A DNA stretch of 64,000 bases. Source: the human T2T-CHM13v2.0 reference genome, Homo sapiens. The number at the start of each line of letters is the position of its first letter. The stretch's first letter is position 1. The notes beneath the pieces were generated by a model, which had not been told where the DNA came from, ran no database searches, and saw only the letters and a list, made by a program, of their open reading frames with translations. The stretch lies in NCBI RefSeq assembly GCF_009914755.1, contig NC_060946.1; one strand, 5' to 3'. Both the position numbers and the translations under genes were made by a program. Of the stretch, positions 33,982 through 62,800 are shown one piece after another.

Positions 33982-34186
33982 ACATATATTACTTTTTAAA
34001 TTAATTTTTAATTATATAATTTGACACAAGCATCTTTTCTTTCAAAAACTTACAAGGTACAGAGAAGGTGAGCTGCCTGGGACTACACTCCCAGGCCCCA
34101 TGTTCCCTGCAGAGGTAACCACTCACCATCTGATGGGTGTCCTTGCAGACCTCTTCCAGGCATTTACATTAAATTATACCCATAAA

Positions 34187-34576
<390 letters not shown>

Positions 34577-35108
34577 TCACAAGTTCTCCCTTCCAGCCCC
34601 TACTTGCCATGAACAAACCTTACTTTGTTCACCATAAAGAGGAGATGGGCTCAGTTTTCTCCTCTGACTACATAACGGGTGCTTTCTCTGGGGAAGTGGT
34701 AGCAGGAGGATGGCCAGGCAATGTGTCAGCTCTTATCAACCACAGTCCATCCACTTCCAGGTCTGTTGATCCAGGGGATATAGAAAAATTGAGACTGATA
34801 AGAGGTCAGCCTCCTCAAGAACCATCTATGCCTTCCTAGTGCCTTACGCGAGTTTCCAAACTGTAGAGCCTGTGGGTACCACAAGGATTCTTCAAGGCCA
34901 CCTCTCATGTGGGTCTGCAGGACCCCCTCCCATTTAAATCAAATTTGTATCATGGAGTTACAGGTACAAATCTGTTGAAAAAGAAATTCTGCTGGCTGAA
35001 ACAAGTTCAAAACAACTGTCAGGAGCCGAAATACATCTCCTTGGTTTCCAAGCTTCCTCCCTCTTCTATCTGTTGGCACTTTACCTCTTCCCTCACTTCT
35101 CACTCAGG

Positions 35109-35127
35109 CCAGGCTACTCATTCTCCC

Positions 35128-35164
<37 letters not shown>

Positions 35165-35269
35165 CCAGGCTACTCATTCTGACACACACACACACACACA
35201 CATACACCCAGACTACTCATTCTCCTGACACACACACACACACACACACACCAGGCTACTCATTCTTCT

Positions 35270-35301
<32 letters not shown>

Positions 35302-35318
35302 AGGCTACTCATTCTTCT

Positions 35319-35349
<31 letters not shown>
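35109..35349. repeat. Compound VNTR: 5 x [CCAGGCTACTCATTCT(nnn)GA + (CA)n]
   Basis: Five near-identical 18-21-nt cores separated by CA tracts of different lengths. Confidence 0.95.
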
Positions 35350-35351
<2 letters not shown>

Positions 35352-36261
35352 CTGAGATTCTACTTTCCCTACAATCCCACAGGGGGAAGATGGACATCTA
35401 AATCACCAAGTGAGCACAAAACAAAGGAAGTGACAGCTCAAACCTGGCAGAGGGACTGTGGAAATGCAGAAGGGAATTAATAGCACCTGGAGGATAAGGG
35501 ACGGCTTCCCAGAGCAAGCAGACTTCCTCCAAGGCTCCAAGCATTCGAGGATAAGGACTTCAAATGGAAGAAACATTTTTATGGAGGCATAAACATGGGT
35601 CATAACAAAAGGGCACAGATTGCACTGGGCGGTGGGAGACAGATTTGGTGAATGCTGGAATGGTGCAAATGAAAGCTGCCACTCATTGTGGACCTGCCCT
35701 GTGCCAGCCACTAAGCAGGCACAACCCACAGCCCCTATTTTTTTAATCTACAAAAACTATTTAAAAGAGACATAGTATTCATCCCATTTTAGAGGAGGAA
35801 TCAAACAGTAAGTTTCAGGAACTTTCCCAAGGTCATGGGATTAAAGAGGCAACTGAGGCAGGATTTGAGCCAAAGCTTACACTGCAGACCTATTAAATGA
35901 CCTATGGTATCTGTGTGCCATCCTGGTCTCACTGATTGTCCTTCTGACCCCAGTTCCAATCTCACCTCTTCCAGGAAGCCTCCCTGACTCCCATCCCAGC
36001 TGGATTAGGAGCTCATCTAAGCTCTCCCTCAGCACCTGCATTCTGTGCTCACCTCTCTATACCACTTGAACAGCATTAAAAGTGCTTTCAGATCAGTGGT
36101 TTGGATGGGGAAAGGGTGGGAGGAAGGCATGGATTGCAGAGAGGCACAAGAAAACTTTCAGGGGTGGTAGAAATGCTCATTGATGATGATAGTTTCATGC
36201 ATGCATACAGATGGAAAAACCAATCAAATTGCATATTTTACGTTTTAATTTTTAAAATGTT

Positions 36262-37191
<930 letters not shown>

Positions 37192-38344
37192 ACAAGACTA
37201 TTTCTTTTGGGTCTTCAAGTATGTGCTATTCAAATAGATCCTCAACCAACATTAGCTCTACCAATTACCCTGAAAAGGTGGTGTGGTAACTACCCTTTGG
37301 CTAGAGATCATGCCCCAAGCCAAGACTAAAGGGACAAATATAGGGTGGACACATATCTTAGTACAATCTTTCAGGAGCTGCCCGTGGCCTTCAGAGTAAC
37401 ACTCTTCAGTCTGCCAGCAAGACCCCTCTTCGATCAGGCAGCTGTCTCCCTCAACTCATCTGCCTTCCCACCATACCCCCAATTTAGTGCTGCTGTTGTT
37501 GTCCCTGCTGTCATCACCATTGTAATAACAATTTATTGAGTGCTTACTATGTTCCAGGCACAGTGCTCATTCACAGGCATCTCATTTAATCCCCACAACC
37601 ACCCTGCAAAGCTGGTCCTATTATTATCGCTTTTGGATTTGAGGCTTAGAGAGGTTCAATAACTTGCCCAAAGACACAAAGACAAATATTCAAATATGTG
37701 TGAAATGAACACGAAGCCTGTACTTGCTAACTCTGCTATACTGTTGCCACCTCAAGTGACTTGTGGTTAGTGTAAGAGTCAGGATCTCTCAAGACTCCAG
37801 AACTGCATACTAAGGTTGTCCTACCAGGTCCAGCCTTCTCCTGTTGCTCTGCCCAGCTAGTGTTAAGTTGCCCTTCAATACCCAGTTCAGAAGCCCTTTC
37901 CTTCAGGAAGCCCTCCTGGGCTGCACGTACCCTCCCACCAGGCCAAAGGCCTCCCTGCCCCTACACACCCCACTGGTCTGGATCGGCGGCCCCGGCTCTG
38001 CACTCATGGAACAGCCTAGACTTCCTTCTGTCACAACCCTGATCACACTAGAGAAGCTACTGGTCTGTCTTTCTCTTAGGTCGTGGGCTCTTCAAGGGCA
38101 GAGACCATGTCTTTTCTCTTTATAGCTCCAGCACCTGGCACATGGCCTGGCTGCAGTCCCTGACTCATGTACCAAATGTTTTCTGAGAGCCTCCTGTGCG
38201 CCTGGCACTGGAAATCAGGAGTAAAGGGCAAGGACCAGGCCATCGCTCTCACAATGCCTGCAGTCTAACAACCCACATGTTCATTCGGTATGTGGGGAGG
38301 ACTGAGGTGGAAAATCATACTCGACCACCCAAGGAGCCAGTCTC

Positions 38345-38545
38345 CATCAGTGTTTCCATCAGAACTTTCTGCAATAATATAACTGCTCTATATCTGTGCT
38401 GGCACTCACCACATGGGGCTATTTTAATTTAAAAGCATTACAATTAAATTAAAAATCTAGTTCCTCAGTCCACACTCACTATTCACATTACAAGTGCTTA
38501 ATAGCTACATGTGGTGAATGACCACCTATTGGGTGGCTATCATAC
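38345..38545. mobile_element. hAT-Charlie DNA transposon relic (MER3/MER33-like)
   Basis: AGAACTTTCTGCAATAAT...CTATATCTGTGCTG and CAAGTGCTTAATAGCTACATGTGG motifs. Confidence 0.6.
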
Positions 38546-39614
38546 TGAAAAGAACACTTCCAGATTTTCTGATAAATATCTCCCACACATAAAAAGGTTA
38601 TAAAAAGAAAATGAGAGGCTTTATAGCAGAAAGAATTTAAGGATATGTGTCCTAGGGTCTGCCTGGCTAGGCTCCCATCCTGACTCCCCTGATTTCCTAA
38701 TTCTGTGACTCTGAACTCTCAGTTTCCTCATCTGTAAAATGGAGACAATCAAAATGTCTATTTGTAGGGCTGTGATGTGGACTAAATGAGATAATCCGGG
38801 TGAAGTGTTTAGAATGATCTGGCACAGGGCAAGTACTGTATAAATGTCAGGTACTATTATTAGAGACTATTTAAGAAGTAATAAGAAGCCATCTAGAAGG
38901 CAGGAAATAAAACACCAAGTTCCTGTTTCCCACGACTTTACTCAAACCCCTAGAAAACACTTCCTCCCACCTTGTTCAAGTGAGCTCAAATTCTTGGGAA
39001 AACAACAAGTGGGTATAGGAACTCCAGGGCTACATCTATCTCCTTCTTCAGCAGCCTGGCACCTCTCCATGGCTTTAATCTCTCTCTGCAGCTGGTAATC
39101 GACATGTTCATAGCCTCCTTATTTTTCAGTCTCACTAGCTCTGCCGGGGTGTTTGTATGTGGTGCTTCCTATCTCAGTTGAGATAAAAGACGGCCCAACC
39201 TCTGAAATCAGCGTTCCCACCAAAATACGGATAGCAGCTTAGATAGCTCTGAAAACGCTACCTGAAACCTGAACACCCTCCACAGGGTCAAATCCCCAAA
39301 CCCAGCTTTGGGCTGGATCCATTTCTAGCCCGATCCAGGCTGAATTAGAACTGCCATTGGACTGATTTGAAATTAAATGCTTTGGGGGGAAGGTGCAGGG
39401 TGGTGACATGGAAAATCCTATGCAAATTCAAGTTGCTGCTCGGAAGGAAATTCCTACTCTGGGCCTGGAAGAGACTAGTAGTGTCTCAGCTACTGAATCA
39501 CCGACCATGGCCCTCGTGTCATTCTTGGAACAGATAAAGACGGAATTTACTTTTTGCTCCTGAAATTGCAAGACTGACAATATCAGGCTGAATGGCCTTA
39601 AGTGACCGGCTCAC

Positions 39615-39695
39615 CAGCGCTGGTGAAGTCCTCAGCTTTCCTGTCTTCGGGTCCTTGTGGGTGATCTGGAGTTGGTCCAGGGGCAGAGCTGGCAT
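39615..39695 (-). CDS. ASCC2: ASCC2 exon 2 coding part (aa 1-27); whole exon 39615-39712
   Basis: Acceptor cctttcag|GAG at 39712, ATG at 39695 (ACAATGC), MPALPLDQ...TSPAL, donor CTG|GTGAGC. Confidence 0.96.
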
Positions 39696-39935
39696 TGTGC
39701 TGCGTGACCCTCCTGAAAGGAATATGGATGGGAAGAAGAGAGCAGACACACAGACTCCTGGGGGCAGGGCCTGCTCTGGGGCTGATCCCAGAGTCAGAAG
39801 AGAAGCTTCAACCTCTCGCCTTAGGAGGCTCCTGTTGTGGTTCAGGACCTGGTTCATGCACCTACTAACCCAGCCAAAGTGACTTTTTTTGCATAAAGCA
39901 GTTCTCAATTGTAGAAGAAATACTTCCCCAGATGA

Positions 39936-44864
<4,929 letters not shown>

Positions 44865-45547
44865 TCATGACTATGTCTGTGCCCACCACTGTATTCCCCT
44901 GCCAGGCAGGACAGCAAAAGCCAAAAGCTAAGAAAGGGAGGGGGAGCTCCCTACAAGCACCCAATTGCAATATGGCCTGGGAGCATCCCCGGGGCTACTG
45001 CTCCCTCAGCCTCTTTGTCATCATTCCTCTAGTCTCTCAATTAAATACTACTCTCCTCAGAGACCTTCTGATGGCTCTGCCTATAGTATCCACTCTCCCA
45101 GTTACTGTCATAGCTTTAATGACCTTGTGCATTTGCTTGTCGTTGACCATCTCCTCCCACTAGACTGTAAGCTCCATGAGGGCAGAAGCCTTGTCTGTCT
45201 TGCTTTCTTTGTATCCCCAATGTCTAGATCTGTGTCTGGCACATAGGAAGCACTCCACAAATATTTGCTGAACGAATGAATGAACCCTGAGGAAACTGAA
45301 GCCCCGGGTGTGAGGACGTGGGGGGATCGTGGCTGGTCCAACGCCACTCTGGGGCCGAACTTCGAACCCGTGGCTCCTGACCCTGGCGGCCAAGTCTCGA
45401 GAGGCGGCTCACAACCCCTCAGGTAGCGTAAGCGTGGGCCCCGCAATGGAGGCCAGAGGATGGGAGAGCCAAGGCTGCCCAAGGCATAGCCGCGGCTCCT
45501 CCGGGGTCCCTTGCCCTGCATCTGGCAGGGACCAGCCACGCACTCAC

Positions 45548-45635
45548 CTCGGCGGCTCCACCACCGGCTCTGTGCCGCCGCCGCCGCCGCCGCCGCCGAC
45601 CACGGTGACAGCTCCCTGAGCGCCCGCACTTCCGG
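45548..45635 (-). other. ASCC2: ASCC2 exon 1 (non-coding 5'UTR); 5' end approximate
   Basis: Strong donor GAG|GTGAGTG at 45548/45547 inside the CpG island; no ATG; contains (GGC)8. Confidence 0.85.
45574..45597 (-). repeat. (GGC)8 trinucleotide repeat in the 5'UTR
   Basis: Pure (GCC)8 on the plus strand. Confidence 0.97.
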
Positions 45636-46694
45636 GGTCAAACTGCGATTCCGCAGGAGCAGACAGGAAGTCTCGGCCTGGCCCCGCCCCCAGAGCCGAG
45701 CAAACTACCGCCGGGAAGCCGGACCCGGGTTGCGCCTCTCTTCTTAAGACTCCGCCCCACACTCGGCGTCTGTAGCCACGCCCCCTTCCCCTCCTATCTC
45801 CCTTCCTGCTTAAGCAGAGAATAGGTCAGCTGAGGGCGGGCTGTGTGATTACACCTCTCGGGAAATCCAAGTATGGCACCTGAGAGGACGTCTCGGAATC
45901 CCAGGCTTCCACCTTCTGCCCGACCTCCTTAGTCACCGTTTTACATATTTAATCCAGAAGAGAAATTTTAACAAGTCAAAAGCACGAACATAATGTTAAG
46001 CAGATGTACAAGTACAGACTGCGATTTCATTTACGGGAAATTCTAGAACAGACAGAACTCATGAGTAGTGATGGTGTTAAAATTGGTGGTTTCCTCTGGG
46101 GCTGTGGGCTGGGAGGGGCCACAAGTGAGGCTGGGGTCACCCCCTGTCTTCATCTCGGTGGTAGCCATGTAGATGTGTTCACTTTGGAAAATTCATCAAA
46201 TTGTACGCTTAAGATTTGTGCATTTTTCTGTATGTATGCAATACAGTTTTGTTCTGTTTTGTTTAAGGAAGTTACAAGTATAGCTATCCTAAGAGAAGGA
46301 TGCAATTTTTTCTACAGAATGTCTCAGGTAATGTAGGTTTAGTGGTTCCTAAGCCTGACTATGGATCAGAATCATCACAGAAAACTTGTTAAGAACACAC
46401 ATTCCTGGCTTCATCTCAGTGCCTGGTACACAGTAAGAATTCAAAACCAACCACCATCATTATTGGGGTGTTATAGAAGCCCCCGAATGGAGAACACAAC
46501 CCCACCCTGGGATTGTGAAATATTTCCCAGGACACTCCTGCCAACCCCTGCTATCTGCACTAGGGCTACAAGGAATGCTTAGTTCAGTGCCTGTCTTCAA
46601 GGGGCTTACAGGATAGGAAGTGCAAGAAAACCAATAGCAATGAGTCAGTGTGATGAATGCAGGGTGCTAAGGAAATAGGAGAGATGGGCTGTAA

Positions 46695-48070
<1,376 letters not shown>

Positions 48071-48199
48071 GATACTTGGAGGATGCATATCAACCCCAGG
48101 TCTGCAGCAGAGGAAGTAGAGGTGCAGAGAGATAAAGACAGTTGTGATAATAATGACCACATTTGTCAAACCCTTGCTTCATCCCAGGCACTGGAATAA

Positions 48200-49725
<1,526 letters not shown>

Positions 49726-50449
49726 AAGGCTTAAATGAGATAATATAGACAATGCCAAGAACACAGTAGGTGCTCAAAAAATGTTAGTGAAAAGGAAGGA
49801 AGAAAGGAGACTCCCTATCAGCTGGAGCGTTAACTTTTACATTTCTTTCATCTTTCTCCCTTGCCTAAAGAGCTTAATGAGGAATGTTGGTTTACAAAGG
49901 ACACATTCTTGTCTGAGCTAATATGTGTCCAACTGAAATTAAATTTAAAAGCTGGTTTAACAGGAGAGGACTCAAATCATGCATAAGTCATTTGCAAACA
50001 TGCAAATACAGAGTAATTTCTTGGCCTGGCTTCTCCTCTAGATTAAAAGAAAAACAACTAATTTAAGAACAATAGTTTGGGTTGGCAAAAGAGAGGAGTG
50101 TCCATGGTTCTTAAAACCAACAAAGTGTAGGGGTAACTAGGGAGAAAACTGTCAATATTCGGTGCCACGAAATAGACATTGAAATATCTAGGTCTGAGTC
50201 TTGCCTGGCCCAGACACTCTGAGTCACCTCAGATGAATCAGTGTTCCCTTCTTTTGCACATCAGTCCTCCAGCAAGCATGTGTTTGCAGAGCACTCATTG
50301 TTGAGATTAGCTGTTGTTTGGCATCCAGTGTTTATTTCCTCTGTTTTCCTACCAATAGCAACTTGATCACTCCTTAGGGAACTGTCACTCCCATTTCAAT
50401 ATGTGTGGAGTGGGGTTGACCCCTTACCCAGAGTTTAAGTGTCCAAAAT

Positions 50450-51412
<963 letters not shown>

Positions 51413-52533
51413 ATCAATCTAATATGAGCCTGGCATATTCTAAACCTTCAGCCACAGTGATTGGCTCAAGAGTGGATACGTGATGTTCAAATCTTTTGTT
51501 TGTTTGTTTGTTTGTTTGTTTTTAAGAGACAGGATCTATATGGCCCAGGCCAGTCTCGAACTTCTGGTCTCAAGTGACCCTCCCACCTCAGCCTCCCAAA
51601 GTGCTAGGATTATAGACATAAGCCATTCCGTCCAGTCTGCCAAATCTATCCAGTGATACCCAATTCTGGTATCTTTATTTGAAATCAAAAGGAAAGAGAA
51701 GCTCTCTTTCTGATGAGATTGTTAGCAGTAAGAATGAACTAAGCTTTTACTGGCTGGAGGCCACCACCTAGAACCTGAGAATGAAGCTAGCTCAAAGAAC
51801 AGGAGAGCCAAGAAAAGGAATGACAAGCAGAGAGAGAATGAAAGAGACAGATGACATGATTTGAACTCTGGATCTAGGCAAATCTGAATTCAGGTACCCT
51901 GAGGCTTTTCTCATGCCTGTTTCGCTTAAGCCATTTGAGTTGGGCTTCTGTCCTACTACAACTTTTAGATGCTCAGTCCTCCTCATGTTTAGTTGACCAG
52001 CCTTTTCTAAAGATTATGACTGGTACCCACTAGGGCAAGAGGTGTGAAATTGCTAACTGTTCAAGCTCATGACCAGAAACAGTGGCTGGCATTTCAAGTT
52101 GCTAGATTAGGGACAAGGAGATATTAGCTTACGGATAGACCAGGTGTACCTTGGGTAGCCACCAATTGGTACTCTTTAACTAGACCAGTGGTGTTCTGGA
52201 GAGGTACATGGTAAAGAGGTAGCTGATGGATTGGCTGTAGAGTCTAATGATCTAGGTGTTAAGCCCATTTATATCCCTTAATTACTAGGCAAACTGGGAC
52301 AAATTGCTTAGCTTATCTAAGCCTCTGTTTCCTTGGCTGTATAATAATACTTGTTCAACCTACTATAATCACTCAGCAACAAACATTCATTGAGCACCTA
52401 CTATGTGCCAGTTATCATCAATAAAGCAATGATTCAGTTCCAGCCTTCAGGGTTTTCACAGTCTTGTCAGAAATATGAATGATACATAAATTATAGCATG
52501 GTTTAAGAAGTATTGTGATAGGCACATACATGA

Positions 52534-55390
<2,857 letters not shown>

Positions 55391-56524
55391 GTTCTTCTCC
55401 CCATCCATGGGCAACTACTAGTCTATTTTCTGTCTTATAGATCTTTGGTGACCATTTTAACAGGAAATCCACCACAGACAGCGAGACAATTTAATGAAAA
55501 AGATTCATGTGAGAAGTGATAGTGGTGTGAGCTCAAACATTGGCAAAGTGTCCTCATGAGAAAATGAAATAATGGCAGTTGAAATCTCTCTGCAAAGTGT
55601 TACATAAATATATTAATTTCATAATCCACACTGTCCTCAGCCAGGAACTGCTGTCCCCAGCAGCTTTCTGTTAAGCCAGGCTTTCTTTCAACAGGCCTCC
55701 GTTCTGTGTCTGTCCAATCCCCCTGGCCTCTGTTGAGTTCATCAAAGCTTCTGCTGACTCCAGAAGAATCTAGAGAATGATCACTGCAGTGAAAAGTCTC
55801 AAATCATCCCCGAGGGCCCCTAATAACAAAACATCTGCTTGTCATTGTCTCCTACCCCTTTTGGTTTTAGAGAGAAAACAGCGTTAAGTGACGATAATGG
55901 TAAACAACTTAAAAACCAGGTCTCCTGGCTTCCAGGAAAAGAGCTTTAATTTGAAGGCAGCTAATTATCCATTCATTATAATTTACAAATAGTAGTTGTC
56001 TTGCCTCCTGTCACTGGTCTGTGAACAACAGTCAGAAAGATGAAAAAAAAAGTCAGAGTTAACACATTTTAGAAATCAGAGGGCAGAGAACCCCCAAATT
56101 GAAGAAAACTCTTACAGAACATGTAATTCAAACCTCTCATTGTATGGATAAGGAAACTGAGGCCCAAAGAGGGAATGGGGCCTTTTTAGAGTCACCCAGC
56201 AGTCGGGGGGATGGCAGAATGGGCACTGGAACCAAAGCTTTCATGCTGGCTCTAGCCTAAAGCCCCACCCAGGGAGATGAAAGGGTGGTTCTGTCTGCCT
56301 CCATGCAGCCTGGAGACTCTGCACTCAGACCACCCATCAAAGTGGCAGTTGGCATGTTCAGGTCTCTCTATAATCATCAGGGTGGGACAATAAAGCCACA
56401 GAACCAGGAGGTAGAAACAATTCCTCAAGGGCTGGGACATGGTTTAAATTCAGAGGGGGTTGGGTCAGCGAACATTTTGCTTCACGTCAAGATTTAACAT
56501 TTTTTATTTGGTAGCATCTTGAAC

Positions 56525-56823
56525 TTTTTTTTTTTTTTGAAACAGGGTCTTGCTCTGCTGCCCAGGCTAAAGTGCAGTGTCAGTGATCACAGCTCACTGA
56601 AGCCTTGACCTCCTGGCTCAAGTGATCCTCCTGCTTCAGGCTCCTGAATGGCTGGAATTACAGGCACAAGCCACTGTGCCCAGCTATGTAAAAAAATTTT
56701 TTTCTTAGAGATGAGGTCTTGCTCTGTTGCCCAAGCTGGTTTCAAACTCCTGGACTCAAGCGATCCTCACAGCTCAGCCTCCCAAAGTGTTAGGATTACA
56801 GGTGTGAGCCACCATGCCCAGCC
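56525..56823 (-). mobile_element. AluJ
   Basis: Alu consensus. Confidence 0.86.
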
Positions 56824-57695
56824 ACATCTTGTACTTTCCATGTAGGATCTGAAAGGGAGGAATTTCAAGATGTCTCTGGGCTACGCTGGTGATGGGAAAT
56901 ATTGACACTTAGTGGTTTTGGCCATTAAACCTGGGGTTTCAATCCAGTGGAATATCGCCAGCTCTTTAGCTTTCCTTGAGAGAGTTTGAAAATAAGTTAC
57001 TGGAAGATTTGCCTTGACCATCAAGAAAAGAGGGGAACCCTACTTTCTCTTCTTGCTGGGTATCTACTCTCTGGGCTTGCACAGTCCCCAGAGATTTCAG
57101 TATGCAGCTGCTCTGACCTAATTCCTTGAGTACAATGGCCCCTTCACACCTCAGGGCACTAGCCCATGCTGCTTCCTCGGCCTGAAATAACCCCCTGCTC
57201 TCCTTGTCAAGGTAAAGCCTCCTCTTCATCTCATTTTTTCCCAGGTTATAATCACTTTCCTGATATACACATTCCTAGTTAGCTCCCTTCACTTCCCTTG
57301 TGTGTCACTGGTCACAGCTTATCTTCTTGTATTTATTGTGTGGTCAATCAGTGATTGACTCCTTCATTAGGCTATGTGTTCTGACAAATTAGAGACCTCA
57401 TCTGTTTTGTTCACCAACCTTATCCCCAGTGCTTAGCTTGGTACCTGGCATCTTACAGTGTGCATTAAATATTTGCTGGCTGATGATTGAATCAAAGTGC
57501 TAGGATAATCTAGACCAACTCTTCCAATTCCAAGTAAAAAACCATGGTCCAGAGATGGGCAATGACTTGCCCAGGGTCACAAAGAAGGCATCTAATAGCT
57601 CCTTGCTGATTACTGACTTCCTTAAAATACCTTGGCCCTGAGACAGGGCCATTTTGAGGAGAGGCAAAACTGAGAGATTGAGTTGTTTTCCATGC

Positions 57696-58394
57696 TGTCT
57701 TAGTCCGTTTGTGCTGTTAAAACAGAACACTTGAGGCTGAGATATTTACAAAGAACATAAATTTATTTCTAATGGTTCAGGAGGCTGGGAAGTCCAAGAT
57801 TAAAGCACTAGTAGGTTTGGTTGTCTGGTGAGGCCTTGCTCTCTGCTTCCAAGATGGCGCCATGTTGCTGTATCCTTCAGAGAGAAGGAACAGTGCATCC
57901 TTGCATGGCAGAAGGAAGAAGGGCAGGAGGGTTGAACTCCCTCCATCAAATTCTTTTATGAGGCTGGGCCCGGTGGCTCACGCCTGTAATCCCAGCACTT
58001 TTGGAGGCCGAGGTGGGTGGATAACCTGAGGTTAGGAGTTCAAGACTAGCCTGGCCAAAATGGTGAAACTCCATCTCTACTAAAAATACAGAAAATTAGC
58101 TGGGTGTAGTGGCAGGTGCCTGTAATCCCAGCTCCTTGGGAGGCTGTAGCAGGAGAATTGCTTGAACTCGGGAGACGGAGATTGCAGTGAGCCAAGATTG
58201 TGACAACGCACTCCAGCCTGTGCAACAAGAGCAAAAAAAAAAAAAAAAAAAAAAATCCTTTCATGAGGGCACCTAATCCTATTCATGAGGGCCGTGCCCT
58301 CATGACTCAATCACCTCGTAAAGGCTCCACCTTTTAATACTGTCACATTGGCAACACCTGAATTTTGAAGGGGACACATTCAAACCATAGCACA
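57696..58394 (-). mobile_element. MST-family MaLR LTR with an AluS (+57962-58255) inserted
   Basis: TGTCTTAGTCCGTTTGTGCTG ... GGAGGCTGGGAAGTCCAAGAT ... CATTCAAACCATAGCA. Confidence 0.8.
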
Positions 58395-59029
58395 CGTTCT
58401 GAACAACTGTAGTTCCTCTTCTTAACAGAAGGCTCCCCATGAGGCACAAATTCTAAACCCAAGTCCATGAAGGGGCTCCCAAGATCTGTGTCCCCCTTGA
58501 ATTATACACAGTTGTGTTTGGGGAATATTTTTCAGTAGAGAGACTGAGAGGCTTCATCTGATTCTCAAAGAAACATCCTCAAAAGTCTAAGAGCAACTCA
58601 CGCCAGCACCCTGCTGAACCTCTTCTTCCCTTCTAGCTAGAAAAGCCATCTTAAGGCCCAAGAATCTCTGGTGACAGAAACATGGCTTAGTGTGAGGCTG
58701 TGAGGCAGGCAGTGGTCAGGGCAATGGTCAGTGGCTAATACATGGAATCAGAGAGAAATATATTCTCAGCTTCAGTTGGTTAGGGACGTCAGGGAAAGCT
58801 TCCAGGAGCAGGTGCCAATCAAGCTGGGCTATAATGGACTGTGAAGGTTCAAGAGGCTAAAAGTGATGTGGGGAGGGAAACACAGTCCAGAATTCCCTTC
58901 AGGCAGCCCCAATGTCTTCACCAATGCCCATTCCCAAAAGGGGAGCTTGTTTAAATTGTCCAGTATTTGGTGTCATTTTCGTCCAGAGATCATCTTGGAT
59001 GTAGAGTTTCTTTTTCCCTTTCCCTTTAT

Positions 59030-60160
<1,131 letters not shown>

Positions 60161-60662
60161 TCCCCTCTCCCTTTAGAAGAAAACATAGACTGATTTTGTG
60201 ATGCCAACCACTGCCATTGGCCCTTTGTCCTTGCTGCTGAATTATTCATCCTGCACAATGAATTATTAATTTCCAATTTTGGAGAGCAAATGCCAGGCAA
60301 ATAGGTAGAAATGGAAATGGAACTGGGACCCTGGGCATGGAGCCACAGACATCCCTAGGTCCTCCAAAGCACAGGCCACCACGGCCAATAAATTATACAG
60401 GAATCCACAAGGGGCTCACCCTGAAATGCACTTGACAGAGGGTGAAGTAGGTACAAGATTATGGTGGCCCTGAAGTGGCTGGGCTCCATTACCCCTGGGC
60501 TCTCAGACCTCTCGCTTTCCTGAGCCTTAGCTGTAGCCACCCTTTGGCTGACTCTGGCATAGGGATGTATTGCATATTTAGAGTGGGCTCAAGCAGCATT
60601 CTGTGGAGTGACTTGGGTTTGAATCTGAGCCTACCATCCAAGTGACCCTGGATTTAATCAAG

Positions 60663-60918
60663 CAGGGTTTCTCAATGTCAGCTCTACTGACATTTTGGCC
60701 TGGATAATTCCTTGTTGTGGGAGACTGTTCCATGCATTATAGGATATTGAGTACCATTTCTGGCTTCTACTCACCAGGTGCCAGTACCACAGCTCCCTCC
60801 TTCCCCTTCCCCACCCCCAAGTTACAACAACCAAAAATGTCTGTAGACATTATCCAGTGTCCCTAGTCTCCTGGGTTGGGGGGAGGGGCACAACATTTCT
60901 TCTGCTTGAGAACTACTG
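60663..60918 (-). mobile_element. MER20 DNA transposon
   Basis: CAGGGTTTCTCAA...GACATTTTGGCCTGGATAATT...TTGAGAACTACTG. Confidence 0.78.
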
Positions 60919-61026
60919 GGTAAGTGCCATCAATTTTTTAAATATTTTTTTTTCTCATCTACTGAAGGGGGATCTGAATAGTAGTCACCAGTATGAGAAG
61001 GCAATCAAATGAGATCATGGATGTAA

Positions 61027-62800
<1,774 letters not shown>

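Larger units (their letters stand above)
45300..45790 (-). promoter_or_regulatory. ASCC2: CpG-island, TATA-less promoter of ASCC2
   Basis: Local CpG enrichment; ETS/GABP sites CCGGAAGTG (45635-45627, minus) and ACAGGAAGT (45663-45671); GC boxes GCCCCGCCCC (45681-45690), CTCCGCCCC (45750-45758), CCACGCCCC (45776-45784). Confidence 0.85.

Noticed and set aside
35109-35349. Repeat-spacer appearance resembling a CRISPR array
   Set aside because: The spacers are simple CA runs, the context is a human intron and there are no cas genes; it is a compound VNTR.
45108-45641. 177-aa minus-strand ORF over the promoter
   Set aside because: Non-ATG start, and it runs past the exon 1 donor into intronic L2-like sequence; only the exon 1 part matters (see the N-extension finding).
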